64,000 nt of DNA from Sphingomonas sp. GTDB lineage: Bacteria > Pseudomonadota > Alphaproteobacteria > Sphingomonadales > Sphingomonadaceae. Made by a program: the position numbers and the translations under genes. Under the pieces are notes generated by a model. That model ran no database searches and had not been told where the DNA came from. It saw only the letters and a list, made by a program, of their open reading frames with translations. Shown here piece after piece: positions 12,014 through 21,872 of the stretch (its first letter is position 1; every line of letters starts with the position of its first letter). The stretch spans positions 118,235 to 182,234 of the forward strand of contig NZ_JBOHHW010000002.1 of NCBI RefSeq assembly GCF_050725575.1, read 5' to 3'.

Positions 12014-13180
12014 ATGCATTTCGAACTCGATGACGAACACCGGATGCTCAAGGATCTGGTGCGGCGTTTCGTCGATACCGAATTGCTGCCACACGAGGCG
12101 GGCGTGCTGGAGCGCGAGGCCGCCGGCCAGCCCAAGGACCTCGCGGCCGACGATCGCGCGCGCATCGACACAGTGTCGCGCGACATGGGATTATGGGGCC
12201 TGGATGCGCCGGCCGATATCGGCGGAATGGATTTGCCGCAGGTGGCGATGGTCGGGGTCAATGAGGAACTGGGCCGCACGATCGTCCCCTATATCCTGCC
12301 GCCGGATTCGCCCAATCTGCGCATGCTGCTGGCGACCGTCACCGAGCAGCAGCGCGACGTCTATCTCATGCCCTATGTGCGCGGCGAGACGATCTCGGCG
12401 ATCGGCATTTCAGAACCCGGCGCCGGTTCCGATCCCTCGGGCATGACCACCCGCGCGGTGCGCGACGGCGATGACTGGGTGCTGAGCGGCCGCAAGATCT
12501 GGATCACGCGCGCCGATGAGGCCGATTTCACCATCGTCATGGCGGTGACCGAGAAGCGGGAGGGCGCACGCAACGGCATCTCCGCCTTTCTGGTCGATCG
12601 CGCTACGCCCGGTTTCAACGTGCTGCGCCGCATCGCCATGCTCGGCGGCGAAGCGACCTTTGAACTGGCGCTGGAGGATTGCCGCGTGCCCGGCTGGAAA
12701 CTGCTCGGACAGGAAGGCGATGGGTTTGCGCCGATGCAGGTCCGGCTCGGTACGCGGCGGGTCGAAATGGCCGCTTGGTCGATCGGCATGGCACAGCGCG
12801 CGCTCGACATGCTGGTCGACTATGCCCCGCACCGCACCACCTTCGGCCAGCCGCTGTCGCAGCGCCAGGCGATCCAGTTCTGGGCGGCCGATGCCGCGAC
12901 CCGCATCCACGCCGCGCGGCTGATGACTTATGATTGCGCCTGGAAGCTCGATCAGGGCCGCGATGTCCGGCAGGAAATCTCGATGATCAAGGCCTATGCC
13001 ACCGAAATGGCCTATGAGGTGGTCGACCATGTCATGCAGGCGTTCGGGGCAATGGGCATGACGCGGGAATTGCCGCTGCACCTGATGGCGTCGAAGCTGC
13101 GCACGATGCGCATCTATGACGGACCAACCGAGGTCCACCAATGGGTCGTGGCCCGAAATTTGTTCGGAATGAAACGCTGA
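12014..13180 (+). CDS. acyl-CoA dehydrogenase
   Basis: Start chosen at MHFELDDEHRMLKDLVRRF. The ORF-track N-terminal extension looks non-coding. Typical ACAD N/M/C domains (ISEPGAGSD, IYDGPTEV). Confidence 0.9.
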   Translation: MHFELDDEHRMLKDLVRRFVDTELLPHEAGVLEREAAGQPKDLAADDRARIDTVSRDMGLWGLDAPADIGGMDLPQVAMVGVNEELGRTIVPYILPPDSPNLRMLLATVTEQQRDVYLMPYVRGETISAIGISEPGAGSDPSGMTTRAVRDGDDWVLSGRKIWITRADEADFTIVMAVTEKREGARNGISAFLVDRATPGFNVLRRIAMLGGEATFELALEDCRVPGWKLLGQEGDGFAPMQVRLGTRRVEMAAWSIGMAQRALDMLVDYAPHRTTFGQPLSQRQAIQFWAADAATRIHAARLMTYDCAWKLDQGRDVRQEISMIKAYATEMAYEVVDHVMQAFGAMGMTRELPLHLMASKLRTMRIYDGPTEVHQWVVARNLFGMKR

Positions 13181-13181
13181 A

Positions 13182-13988
13182 ATGACTGCAGAGAGAATGG
13201 GCACCCATGACGCCGTATCGGTTGACCGCGATGGCGACATCGCCATCGTCACCTTCCACCGGCCGCCGCACAATTTCGTCAGTATCGATCTGGTTCGCGC
13301 GCTGGCCGACGCGTTCGAGGCGATCGACGCCGATCCCGGCTGCCGTGCCAGCGTGCTGCGGTCCGAGGGCCGCGTGTTCTGCGCCGGCGCCGACCTGACG
13401 CCTGGCACGGGCAGCGTCGAGGGCGGGGTCGATGGCGTGCGCGAGGACTTCACCCACGCGCTCTACGCCCAGGCCGCGCGCCTGTTCGGCGTGCGCAAGC
13501 CGATCGTCGCGGCGGTACAGGGCGCGGCGGTCGGCGCAGGACTCGGCCTCGCCCTGGTCGCCGATTTCCGCGTTGCCGCACCGGAAGCGCGCTTTGTGGC
13601 CAATTTCGTCAAGCTCGGCTTTCATCCAGGCTTCGGTATCACGCATAGCCTCCCCCGGCTGATCGGCGATCAGCACGCGGCGCTGATGCTGTTGACCGGG
13701 CGGCGCATTGCGGGCGAAACCGCGCGCGATTGGGGCCTGGTCGACCAGCTGGTCGAGCTCGACGGCCTGGACGAGGCGGCCCGTGCCCTGGCGCACGAGA
13801 TCGCCGAAAACGCACCGCTCGCCGTGCAATCGGCGCGCACGACGCTGCGCGCCGGGCTGGTTGAAGCGATCCGCGCTGCGGCCGCGATCGAAGCGATGCG
13901 CCAGGCCGAACTGCGCGATACCGAGGATTTCGAGGAGGGCGTCCGCTCAGTCGCGGAACGGCGGCCGGGCCGCTTCACCGGGCGTTAG
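13182..13988 (+). CDS. enoyl-CoA hydratase/isomerase family protein
   Basis: 268 aa crotonase fold (FCAGADL, GAAVGAGLGLAL). Starts 1 nt after the ACAD stop. Confidence 0.88.
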   Translation: MTAERMGTHDAVSVDRDGDIAIVTFHRPPHNFVSIDLVRALADAFEAIDADPGCRASVLRSEGRVFCAGADLTPGTGSVEGGVDGVREDFTHALYAQAARLFGVRKPIVAAVQGAAVGAGLGLALVADFRVAAPEARFVANFVKLGFHPGFGITHSLPRLIGDQHAALMLLTGRRIAGETARDWGLVDQLVELDGLDEAARALAHEIAENAPLAVQSARTTLRAGLVEAIRAAAAIEAMRQAELRDTEDFEEGVRSVAERRPGRFTGR

Positions 13989-14061
13989 GGTCGGTCGGGG
14001 TATTTGATGGATCGAGAGAAGAATATCCTGCTTTTGATACCTGCCTGTTATCCTCACCTAG

Positions 14062-14634
14062 CTATCGATCATCGTGAGTAATCCGCGCCCGCATGCGTGA
14101 GGAAACACCATAGGTGGATAGCCACACCAGTGCCTCCGTAGCGGCCGCGACGATCGCGTCGAGCATCCGCAGGAAGATGCCGGACGCCACACGGCGGGCG
14201 GTGACGGCGCCATCCAGATGGGCGATCTCTTCATCGCGTATGGCCGCGATGGTTTGCGACAATATGGGATCGCGGGTCGCCAGCCAGGCAACCTGTTCGT
14301 CCATATGCCGGTGCACCGTGCGCTCCACCGCCTCGGTGCAGACAAGGATTGCGTCATGGCCGAAGAGCGACGTGATCGCCCCAAGGAACATGCCGCCGAT
14401 TCCCCATAAAGGCAGCATGTCGCACGGCTTGGCGCCGCGCTCGGCAAGATTGGCCGCGAATGTCGCACAATGCCGCCGCTCATCACCAAGCGCATGCTCG
14501 AGCAGCGACACGAGATCGGGCGCGACCCGGCGTGCGATGGCGATCTGCGCGCCATAGATGCGGATCGCCCCATATTCGCCGGCATGATCGACGCGCAGGA
14601 TGTCGATCAATGTCTGGTCGGGCGCGCCACGCAT
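14062..14634 (-). CDS. demethoxyubiquinone hydroxylase (Coq7) family di-iron protein
   Basis: 190 aa. LRVDHAGEYGAIRIY...DERRH...DEEIAH ferritin-like carboxylate-bridged di-iron motifs. Confidence 0.8.
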   Translation of the reverse strand: MRGAPDQTLIDILRVDHAGEYGAIRIYGAQIAIARRVAPDLVSLLEHALGDERRHCATFAANLAERGAKPCDMLPLWGIGGMFLGAITSLFGHDAILVCTEAVERTVHRHMDEQVAWLATRDPILSQTIAAIRDEEIAHLDGAVTARRVASGIFLRMLDAIVAAATEALVWLSTYGVSSRMRARITHDDR

Positions 14635-15641
14635 CAGAAGCCGGCGAGCAGGCTGGCCACATTCGCCCCAAGCGCGTCGACGGCATAGCCGCCTTCCATC
14701 GCGATCACCGTCGGCCAGCCGCGTGCGGCAATGTCGCGTGCAAGCGTCGCATAGTCGGCCGTGGCAAGCTTGAAGTCGGAAATCGGGTCGCCGTCCCAGG
14801 TATCGGCGCCGAAGCTCAGAATCAGCAGGTCCGGACCGAACCGGGCGATCGCGTCCAGCGCCGTCGCCTGGGCTGTGCGAAACGTAGCGAGTGTCGCACC
14901 CTGTGGCAGCGGCAGGTTGAGCGTGGCGCCCTGTCCGCCGCCCTCGCCGACCTCATCGGCATGGCCCCAGAAAAAGGGATAATCGGTCGCCGGATCGGCG
15001 TGAATCGAGGCATAGAAGACATCGCCGCGATCCCAGAAGATGTCCTGCGTGCCGTTGCCGTGGTGATAGTCGATGTCGAGGATCGCCACCCGCTTTGCCC
15101 CCGCATCGCGCGCCGCCTGGGCAGCGATCGCGGCGGTGTTGAGATAGCAATAGCCGCCGAGATAATCCCTTCCGGCATGATGGCCGGGCGGGCGGCACAA
15201 TGCGAACGCGACAACGTCGCCGCCCAGCACGGCATGCGTCGCCGAAAGGATGCTCTGCGTACTCCAATAGGCGGCATCCCAGGTGTCGGCAGTCAGCGGG
15301 GTGGAGGCGTCGAGGCTGTACTGCCCGGCCAGTGCGTCGATCCGATCGAGTTTCAGCGGCCGGCGGCCGACGATCGGCCAGATATAGCCCATCACGTCGC
15401 CTGGCCGTCCTGCGTCGGCCCAGCGCGCCGGCGCGGTCTTCAGGAAGTTCACATAGCCGGCATCATGGATGGCGAGGATCGGCGCCTCGCCATGATCGGC
15501 CGGCGTTTCGAGCCCGGGCAGCACCGTGCGGATCGCTTCGGCGCGGACTGGCGCCTCCGAATAGGCGATGAAGCCGCCATTATGCAGCTCCTGCAACGGT
15601 GCATGGGCCAGCTGCCGGGGATCGAAGAATGTCCGCATCAT
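14634..15641 (-). CDS. histone deacetylase-family amidohydrolase (acetylpolyamine/acetoin-utilisation type)
   Basis: 335 aa. RPPGHHA...DIDYHHGNGTQDIF zinc-deacetylase signature. Confidence 0.88.
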   Translation of the reverse strand: MMRTFFDPRQLAHAPLQELHNGGFIAYSEAPVRAEAIRTVLPGLETPADHGEAPILAIHDAGYVNFLKTAPARWADAGRPGDVMGYIWPIVGRRPLKLDRIDALAGQYSLDASTPLTADTWDAAYWSTQSILSATHAVLGGDVVAFALCRPPGHHAGRDYLGGYCYLNTAAIAAQAARDAGAKRVAILDIDYHHGNGTQDIFWDRGDVFYASIHADPATDYPFFWGHADEVGEGGGQGATLNLPLPQGATLATFRTAQATALDAIARFGPDLLILSFGADTWDGDPISDFKLATADYATLARDIAARGWPTVIAMEGGYAVDALGANVASLLAGF

Positions 15642-16846
15642 CCCTCCATTGCTGCTTTTGAGGGCATTGGCGCAAAGCGCAGCACGAGGAAACCGGCGAC
15701 CGCCGACAGGATCGATCCAGCGAGCACGCCAATCTTGACCTTGTCGATCAGCACCGCTTCACCCGGGAAGGCCAGGCCGCCGATGAACAGGCTCATGGTA
15801 AAGCCGATCCCGGCGAGCAAGGCCACGCCGTAGAGCTGCATCCAGCTTGTTCCCTTGGGGCGCTCCGCGATCTTCAGTTTCTCCGCCAGCGCGATGGCGC
15901 CGAGAATGCCGGCCTGCTTGCCGAGGAACAGCCCTGCCGTGATGCCGATGACCAGCGGCTCCACCAGCACGGAAAGCGACATGCCGCCCAGCGCGACACC
16001 GGCATTGGCGAAGCCGAACAGCGGCACGATGGCGAACGCGACCCAGGGGCTGAGCGCATGTTCGAGCCGGTGCAGCGGCGAATGCGCATCGTCGGGCGCG
16101 CCGGGGCTTGGTGTGATTGGGATGAAGACTGCGGCGAGCACGCCGGCAACGGTCGCATGCACGCCCGACAACAACACCAGCCACCAAAGCAAGACGGCGG
16201 CAAGGAGATAGGGCGCGAGCGACCGCACGCCGTGCCGGCTCATCGCCGCCATGATCGCGAGCACGCCGGCCGCCGCGGCGAGCGCACCGAGATCGAGGCC
16301 ATGGCTATAGGCGACCGCGATGATCGCCACCGCGCCCATATCGTCGACGATCGCCACGGTGGTCAGGAACAGCTTCAGCGCGGGCGGCACGCGCGAGCCG
16401 AGCAGCGCCATCACGCCGATCGCAAAGGCGATATCGGTCGCCGCCGGGATTGCCCAGCCGGGACGCAGCGCGGCATCGCCCATGGTGATGACGAGGTATA
16501 TCAGCGCCGGCACGATCATCCCGGCCGCCGCCGCGACGATCGGCAGACGTCGCCGCGCCGGGCTGGCGAGCTGTCCATCGATCAACTCGCGCTTGATCTC
16601 CAGCCCGACGAGCAGGAAGAACAGCGCCATCAGCGCGTCGTTGATCCACAGATGCACCGTCATCGGCCCCAGCGCAGGCGCAAGCGCAGGGCCGGTTTCG
16701 AGATGCAGGAAATGGAAATAGGCGGTAGCGAACGGCGAATTGGCCGCGATCATCGCCAGCAGCGCGGCGGCGATCAGCACGATGCCGCCCGCCGCCTCGT
16801 CCTTCAAAAAATCATGCAACGCCGAACGTCGCGCCTTGATCGCCAT
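15638..16846 (-). CDS. nhaA: Na+/H+ antiporter NhaA
   Basis: 402 aa polytopic protein. AIVDDMGAV (NhaA DD motif) and WINDALMALFF. Confidence 0.92.
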   Translation of the reverse strand: MAIKARRSALHDFLKDEAAGGIVLIAAALLAMIAANSPFATAYFHFLHLETGPALAPALGPMTVHLWINDALMALFFLLVGLEIKRELIDGQLASPARRRLPIVAAAAGMIVPALIYLVITMGDAALRPGWAIPAATDIAFAIGVMALLGSRVPPALKLFLTTVAIVDDMGAVAIIAVAYSHGLDLGALAAAAGVLAIMAAMSRHGVRSLAPYLLAAVLLWWLVLLSGVHATVAGVLAAVFIPITPSPGAPDDAHSPLHRLEHALSPWVAFAIVPLFGFANAGVALGGMSLSVLVEPLVIGITAGLFLGKQAGILGAIALAEKLKIAERPKGTSWMQLYGVALLAGIGFTMSLFIGGLAFPGEAVLIDKVKIGVLAGSILSAVAGFLVLRFAPMPSKAAMEG

Positions 16847-16880
16847 TGAGTCACCTTATCGGCTGGGACGGGCGAGGCAA

Positions 16881-17438
16881 TCAGAACAGCTCGAGCTGTC
16901 CCCGATGAACGCCGTCCAGCGGCCAGCGACCAAGCACTTCGTGCCGCGTATGGCCGATATGGCTGTGGATCAGGACGAATTCCCGGGCGATCCAGCCAAA
17001 TGGACCAGCGGGGCGACTGGCGGGCATGCCAGTATCATAAGCCAGTGTCATATGCGGCGAGAAGGTGCGGTCCATTGGCACAAGACCTGCCTGGGCGCGG
17101 CGTGAAGCGATGTCGCGGTACAAGGTTTCGAGCAGGGGGTTTTTGCGTCGCGGACGCAACGCAACGCTTTTCGCACCGCCCGACGCCTGATCCAGCACGA
17201 TCTCGAACGGAGCGGCGCTGATCGCCGCGCCGATCTCGAGCAGCCTGGTCACGACCGAGCCGGGCCATGTCGGAAAATCCCGCAAGATATCGAGCGTGAT
17301 GTGCAGGCGATCGGCCTGCATCATCGTGCCGTCCCTCGCGACGGGTATCATCGCTTGCACGATCTGCCGCGCCAAAATGATCGGCGGCAAGAGCGCAAAG
17401 AAGAAGCGATACTCGGCAGCAATCGGCCTGCGGGGCAT
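16881..17438 (-). CDS. 2H phosphoesterase / 2'-5' RNA ligase family protein
   Basis: 185 aa with two HxT motifs (HITL, HMTL). Confidence 0.75.
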   Translation of the reverse strand: MPRRPIAAEYRFFFALLPPIILARQIVQAMIPVARDGTMMQADRLHITLDILRDFPTWPGSVVTRLLEIGAAISAAPFEIVLDQASGGAKSVALRPRRKNPLLETLYRDIASRRAQAGLVPMDRTFSPHMTLAYDTGMPASRPAGPFGWIAREFVLIHSHIGHTRHEVLGRWPLDGVHRGQLELF

Positions 17439-17505
17439 TGGACATGTCCTGAATCGACTCAGGAGTGTTCTTTATATGTTCCGATACACCGAGTCGACTC
17501 CAAGA

Positions 17506-19044
17506 CTATTTCGCAAGTGCCTCAGCGATCAGCTTTCGCGTGTTGGGAATGCCGTAAAGCGCAATGAAGCTGCCCATGCGCGGGCCCTGTTCCGCACCGA
17601 GCAGGGTCTCGTATAGCGCCTTGAACCAGTCGCGCAGAGTATCGAACCCACCGGTCTTGCCGATCTCATAGACGATATTCTGGATTTCCTCGGCGCTTGC
17701 CCCCTCGGGCAGGGCGGCAAGGTCCGCATCCAGTCGTTCGAGCGCGGCCGTCTCGACCCCTTCAGGCTTGCGGCGCTTCAGGGTCGGCGTGACGAAATCG
17801 CGGCCATAAGCCAGCGCGCGGTCGATCAGCCGATCGAGCTCGGGATAACGCGCAGCGTCCGCATCCTTCACATAATTGCCGAGATAACCCCAGACCTGCT
17901 CCTTGGTCGCATCGCCCATCACGCTGACCAGGTTGAGCAACAGGCCGAAGGTCACCGGCAATTCGCCCGCCGGCAGCTTGCCGTCATGGATGTGATGCAC
18001 CGGATTGCCGAGCCGTTCCTTCAGTTCCTGACCGGCATAATTGCCGCGGAACTGCCAGTAATCATCGACCGCGCGCGGGATCACGCCCATGTGCAGCGTC
18101 TTGGCCTTTTTCGGCTCGCGATAGATGTAGAAGGCGAGGCTCTCCTCCGGGCCATAGGTCAGCCAGTCGTCGATGCTGAGCCCATTGCCCTTCGACTTGG
18201 AGATCTTCTCGCCCTTTTCGTCGAGGAACATCTCGTAATTGAAGCCCTCGGGCGGGCGACCGCCGAGCACGCGGGTGATCTTCGACGATTGCACCACTGA
18301 ATCGATCAGGTCCTTGCCCGCCATCTCGTAATCGACGCCGAGCGCGACCCAGCGCATCGCCCAGTCGACCTTCCATTGCAGCTTGGCCTTGCCGCCCAGG
18401 ATCGACTGCTCGATCCGTTCGCCTTCATCGATGAACGCGATGATGCCGGCATCGGCATCGATCACTTCGACCGGCACCTGCAGGACGATCCCGCTCTTCG
18501 GGCTGATCGGCAGCACTGGCGAATAGGTCGCCTGGCGGTCCGCACGCAAGGTCGGCAGCATCACATCGAGGATCGCCTGATACTGGCGTAGCACCGACTT
18601 CAGCGCCTCGTCGAAGCGGCCATTGGTATAATAATCGGTCGACGAGGCGAATTCATAGTCGAAGCCATAACGATCGAGGAAATCGCGCAGCATCGCATTG
18701 TTATGCGCGGCAAAACTGTCATGCGTGCCGAACGGGTCGGGGATGCGGGTCAGGGGCTTGCCGAGATATTCGGCCAGCATCTCCTTGTTCGGGACATTGT
18801 CCGGCACCTTGCGCAGCCCGTCCATGTCGTCGGAAAAGGCGATCAGCTTGGTCGGCGTGTCGGACAGCGCATGGAAGGCGTTGCGCACCATGGTGGTGCG
18901 CAGCACTTCGTTGAAGGTGCCGATATGCGGCAGGCCCGACGGGCCATAGCCGGTTTCGAACAGCACCGGGCCGTTCGCCTTGCCGTTAGGATAGCGTTTG
19001 AGCAGCTTGCGCGCCTCTTCATAAGGCCAGGCCTTGGATTCCAT
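17506..19044 (-). CDS. lysK: lysyl-tRNA synthetase, class I
   Basis: GLPHIGTFNEV (HIGH-like) and KISKSKGNG (KMSKS). Start set at MESKAWPYEE. A GTG at 19068 or the ATG at 19149 are alternatives. Confidence 0.9.
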   Translation of the reverse strand: MESKAWPYEEARKLLKRYPNGKANGPVLFETGYGPSGLPHIGTFNEVLRTTMVRNAFHALSDTPTKLIAFSDDMDGLRKVPDNVPNKEMLAEYLGKPLTRIPDPFGTHDSFAAHNNAMLRDFLDRYGFDYEFASSTDYYTNGRFDEALKSVLRQYQAILDVMLPTLRADRQATYSPVLPISPKSGIVLQVPVEVIDADAGIIAFIDEGERIEQSILGGKAKLQWKVDWAMRWVALGVDYEMAGKDLIDSVVQSSKITRVLGGRPPEGFNYEMFLDEKGEKISKSKGNGLSIDDWLTYGPEESLAFYIYREPKKAKTLHMGVIPRAVDDYWQFRGNYAGQELKERLGNPVHHIHDGKLPAGELPVTFGLLLNLVSVMGDATKEQVWGYLGNYVKDADAARYPELDRLIDRALAYGRDFVTPTLKRRKPEGVETAALERLDADLAALPEGASAEEIQNIVYEIGKTGGFDTLRDWFKALYETLLGAEQGPRMGSFIALYGIPNTRKLIAEALAK

Positions 19045-19112
19045 GGCGGCGGTGCGCAATTCACTCACTTGCTGTTGCCCTTTCGTTCCGGTCGCGCCAC
19101 TGTCCTGCGCGA

Positions 19113-21872
19113 ATGGTCGCGTCTTTGCCCTATCCCGCCCTCCACGCAAGCCATAGCGGCATCTGGGTCGCTACGGCGGATGGTACGCGTCAGGTCGGGC
19201 GGGGCGAAGCGATCCGCATTGCCGCCGATACGCCGGTCATCGTGCTCAACGCCGTGCTGGCCGGACAGCGGCTAGGCTATGCCGATCTGTCCGGGCTCGA
19301 TCTGCTCGAATTGTTCGCCTTTCTGTGCCCGGCACGCTTCATGGTGCCGACACCGCGCGGGCTCGCGCGAGTCACCGGACTAGAGGTACCGGCGCGCGAT
19401 GACGAGATCGCGGCGTTCCTGCTGCGCGCGACTGAAGCGATGCTGGCGATCCCGCAGGGCGACTGGCCCGAGCGGGAAGGGGCCTGGACCAGCGCACAGT
19501 CGCTCGCCCGGCTGCGCTGGCCCTGGGCGCCAGTGGTCGCCGAACATATCCGGATGCCGGAGCAGCATGAGCGCTGGCTGTTCTCGCGCCTGCCCGAATG
19601 GTCGGAAGGCGCGCCACGCCCGGCGCCGCGCACCATTTCGATCGATGCGGCGGAGACGCAGGAGCGGCTGACCCGGTTGACCGGCAGCGCCGCCGAACAA
19701 CGCCCGGGGCAGCGCGCCTATGCCGAGGCGGCGATCGAAGCGTTCGAACCGCGCATGGTGCGCGACGCGCCGAACATGGTGCTGGCCGAGGCGGGGACCG
19801 GGATCGGCAAGACGCTCGGCTATCTCGCTCCGGCCTCGCTCTGGGCGGAAAAGGCCGGCGGCGCGGTGTGGGTATCGACCTTCACCAAGGCACTGCAGCG
19901 GCAATTGGCGCATGAAACCGTGCGGCTCTACCCCAATGCCGAGATACGCAAGGCCAAGGTCGTGACGCGCAAGGGGCGGGAGAATTATGTCTGCCTGCTC
20001 AACCTGGAGGATGCGCTGCAGGGCGGGTTCGCGGGGCGAGCGGCGGTGCTGGCGCAGCTGGTCGCGCGCTGGGCGGGGTATAGCGCGGATGGCGACATGG
20101 TCGGCGGCGACTTGCCCGGCTGGCTGCCGACCCTGTTCCGGCGCAACGGGCCGACCGCGCTGACTGACCGGCGCGGCGAGTGCGTCTATGCCGGCTGCCC
20201 GCACTACCGGAAGTGCTTCATCGAACGCGCCGCGCGGAGCAGCGCGGAGGCGGATATCGTCATCGCCAACCATGCGCTGGTGATGGTCAATGCCGCACGC
20301 GGCCGCGAAACGGCGAGCCGGCCGACGCGCTATGTATTCGACGAGGGGCACCATATCTTCGATGCGGCCGACGCGATGTTCTCGACCGCACTGACCGGCC
20401 AGGAGACGATCGAGCTGCGCCGCTGGGTGCTCGGACCCGAATCGGGCAGTCGCGGCCGGCGGCGCGGGCTTGCCGCGCGGCTGTCGGATGTCGCCAGTTA
20501 TGACGAACAGGGCGCGCGGGCGATCAGCGATGCGGTGACCGCGGCGCAGGGGCTGGCCGGCGAAGGCTGGCTGCAGCGGCTGGGCGAGGGCGCGCCGTTC
20601 GGGCCGATCGAGGCGCTGCTCGCGGCAGTGCGCGGGCTGACCTATGCGCGTGCCGAGACCGAAGGCGATGCCGGATACGGCCTGGAGACCGAGCTTGCCG
20701 AACCCGATGCGGCGCTGATCGAAGCGGCCGGACCCGCTGCCCATGCGCTCGATGCACTGGTCAGGCCGCTGGTCGCGCTCGGGCGGCGGCTCGAAGCGGT
20801 GCTAGCCGAAGCGCCCGACTGGCTCGATGGCCAGGCGCGGGCAAGAGTCGAGGGGGCGGTCGCATCGCTTGGCTGGCGCGCGGAGACGGTCGCGGCCTGG
20901 CTCTCGCTGCTTGCGCGGATCGGCGGCCCCGCCAGCCCGGATTTCGTCGACTGGCTCGCGGTCGACCGGATCGAGGGGCGCGATTACGATATCGGGCTGC
21001 ACCGCCACTGGCTCGATCCAAGCAAGCCATTCGCCGAGACGGTGCTGAAACAGGCGCATGGTGCGCTGGTCACGTCCGCAACATTGCGCGGCGGCGGCGA
21101 CTGGGAGGTCGCCGAGGCGCGGACCGGCGCGCATCACCTGGTGAAGCCCGCCGCGCGGTTCGAGGCGGTCAGCCCGTTCGATTATGCGTTGCAGGCCGAA
21201 GTGCTGATCGTCACCGATGTGAAGCGCGGCGACACCGGCGCGCTGGCTAATGCCTATGCACGGCTGATGTCGGCGGCGGGTGGCGGCACGCTGGGCCTGT
21301 TCACCGCGATCCGGCGGCTGCGCGCGGTGCATGCGCGGATCGCCGACCGGCTGGCGCGCGACGGGCTGTCGCTGCTCGCGCAGCATGTCGACCCGATCGA
21401 TACCGGCACCCTGGTCGATATTTTCCGCGACGACGCCTCGGCTTCGCTGCTCGGCACCGATGCGCTGCGCGACGGGGTCGATGTGCCGGGCCGGTCGCTG
21501 CGGCTGGTGGTGATGGAGGGCGTGCCCTGGCCCAAGCCGACCGTGCTGCACGCCGCCCGCCGTCTGGCCGGCGGCGGCAGCGCCTATGATGACCGGATCG
21601 TGCGGGCGCGGCTGGCACAGGCATTCGGGCGGCTGATTCGGCGCGCCGACGATCACGGTGCATTCGTGCTGCTGTCCGCCGCGATGCCGTCGCGGCTGCT
21701 CGCCGCCTTTCCGCCGGGCGTGCCGATCGCCCGCGTGACCCTTGACGAAGCGGTGGCGCGCGTCTCGCGTCTTCCTTCCGTCATCGAAAATGGGCATGAG
21801 GCCCGCGACGCCACCGGTGAGCACATCAGCGGTGACGGGGATGAGGGTTTGGAGATGCGACCGGCGCCATGA
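19113..21872 (+). CDS. DinG/Rad3(XPD)-family ATP-dependent DNA helicase with ~200-aa N-terminal extension
   Basis: 919 aa. Walker A AEAGTGIGKT and DEGHH (DEAH-like box). Four Cys (CLLNLED...CVYAGCPHYRKC) are placed as in the Fe-S cluster of DinG/XPD. Confidence 0.85.
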   Translation: MVASLPYPALHASHSGIWVATADGTRQVGRGEAIRIAADTPVIVLNAVLAGQRLGYADLSGLDLLELFAFLCPARFMVPTPRGLARVTGLEVPARDDEIAAFLLRATEAMLAIPQGDWPEREGAWTSAQSLARLRWPWAPVVAEHIRMPEQHERWLFSRLPEWSEGAPRPAPRTISIDAAETQERLTRLTGSAAEQRPGQRAYAEAAIEAFEPRMVRDAPNMVLAEAGTGIGKTLGYLAPASLWAEKAGGAVWVSTFTKALQRQLAHETVRLYPNAEIRKAKVVTRKGRENYVCLLNLEDALQGGFAGRAAVLAQLVARWAGYSADGDMVGGDLPGWLPTLFRRNGPTALTDRRGECVYAGCPHYRKCFIERAARSSAEADIVIANHALVMVNAARGRETASRPTRYVFDEGHHIFDAADAMFSTALTGQETIELRRWVLGPESGSRGRRRGLAARLSDVASYDEQGARAISDAVTAAQGLAGEGWLQRLGEGAPFGPIEALLAAVRGLTYARAETEGDAGYGLETELAEPDAALIEAAGPAAHALDALVRPLVALGRRLEAVLAEAPDWLDGQARARVEGAVASLGWRAETVAAWLSLLARIGGPASPDFVDWLAVDRIEGRDYDIGLHRHWLDPSKPFAETVLKQAHGALVTSATLRGGGDWEVAEARTGAHHLVKPAARFEAVSPFDYALQAEVLIVTDVKRGDTGALANAYARLMSAAGGGTLGLFTAIRRLRAVHARIADRLARDGLSLLAQHVDPIDTGTLVDIFRDDASASLLGTDALRDGVDVPGRSLRLVVMEGVPWPKPTVLHAARRLAGGGSAYDDRIVRARLAQAFGRLIRRADDHGAFVLLSAAMPSRLLAAFPPGVPIARVTLDEAVARVSRLPSVIENGHEARDATGEHISGDGDEGLEMRPAP

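Noticed and set aside
17439-17505. GAGTCGACTC palindrome and CCTGA-atcgac-TCAGG hairpin between lysK and the ligT-like gene
   Set aside because: These are short stems in a 67-bp co-oriented gap. They are adequately explained as the lysK terminator or ordinary promoter-region structure.
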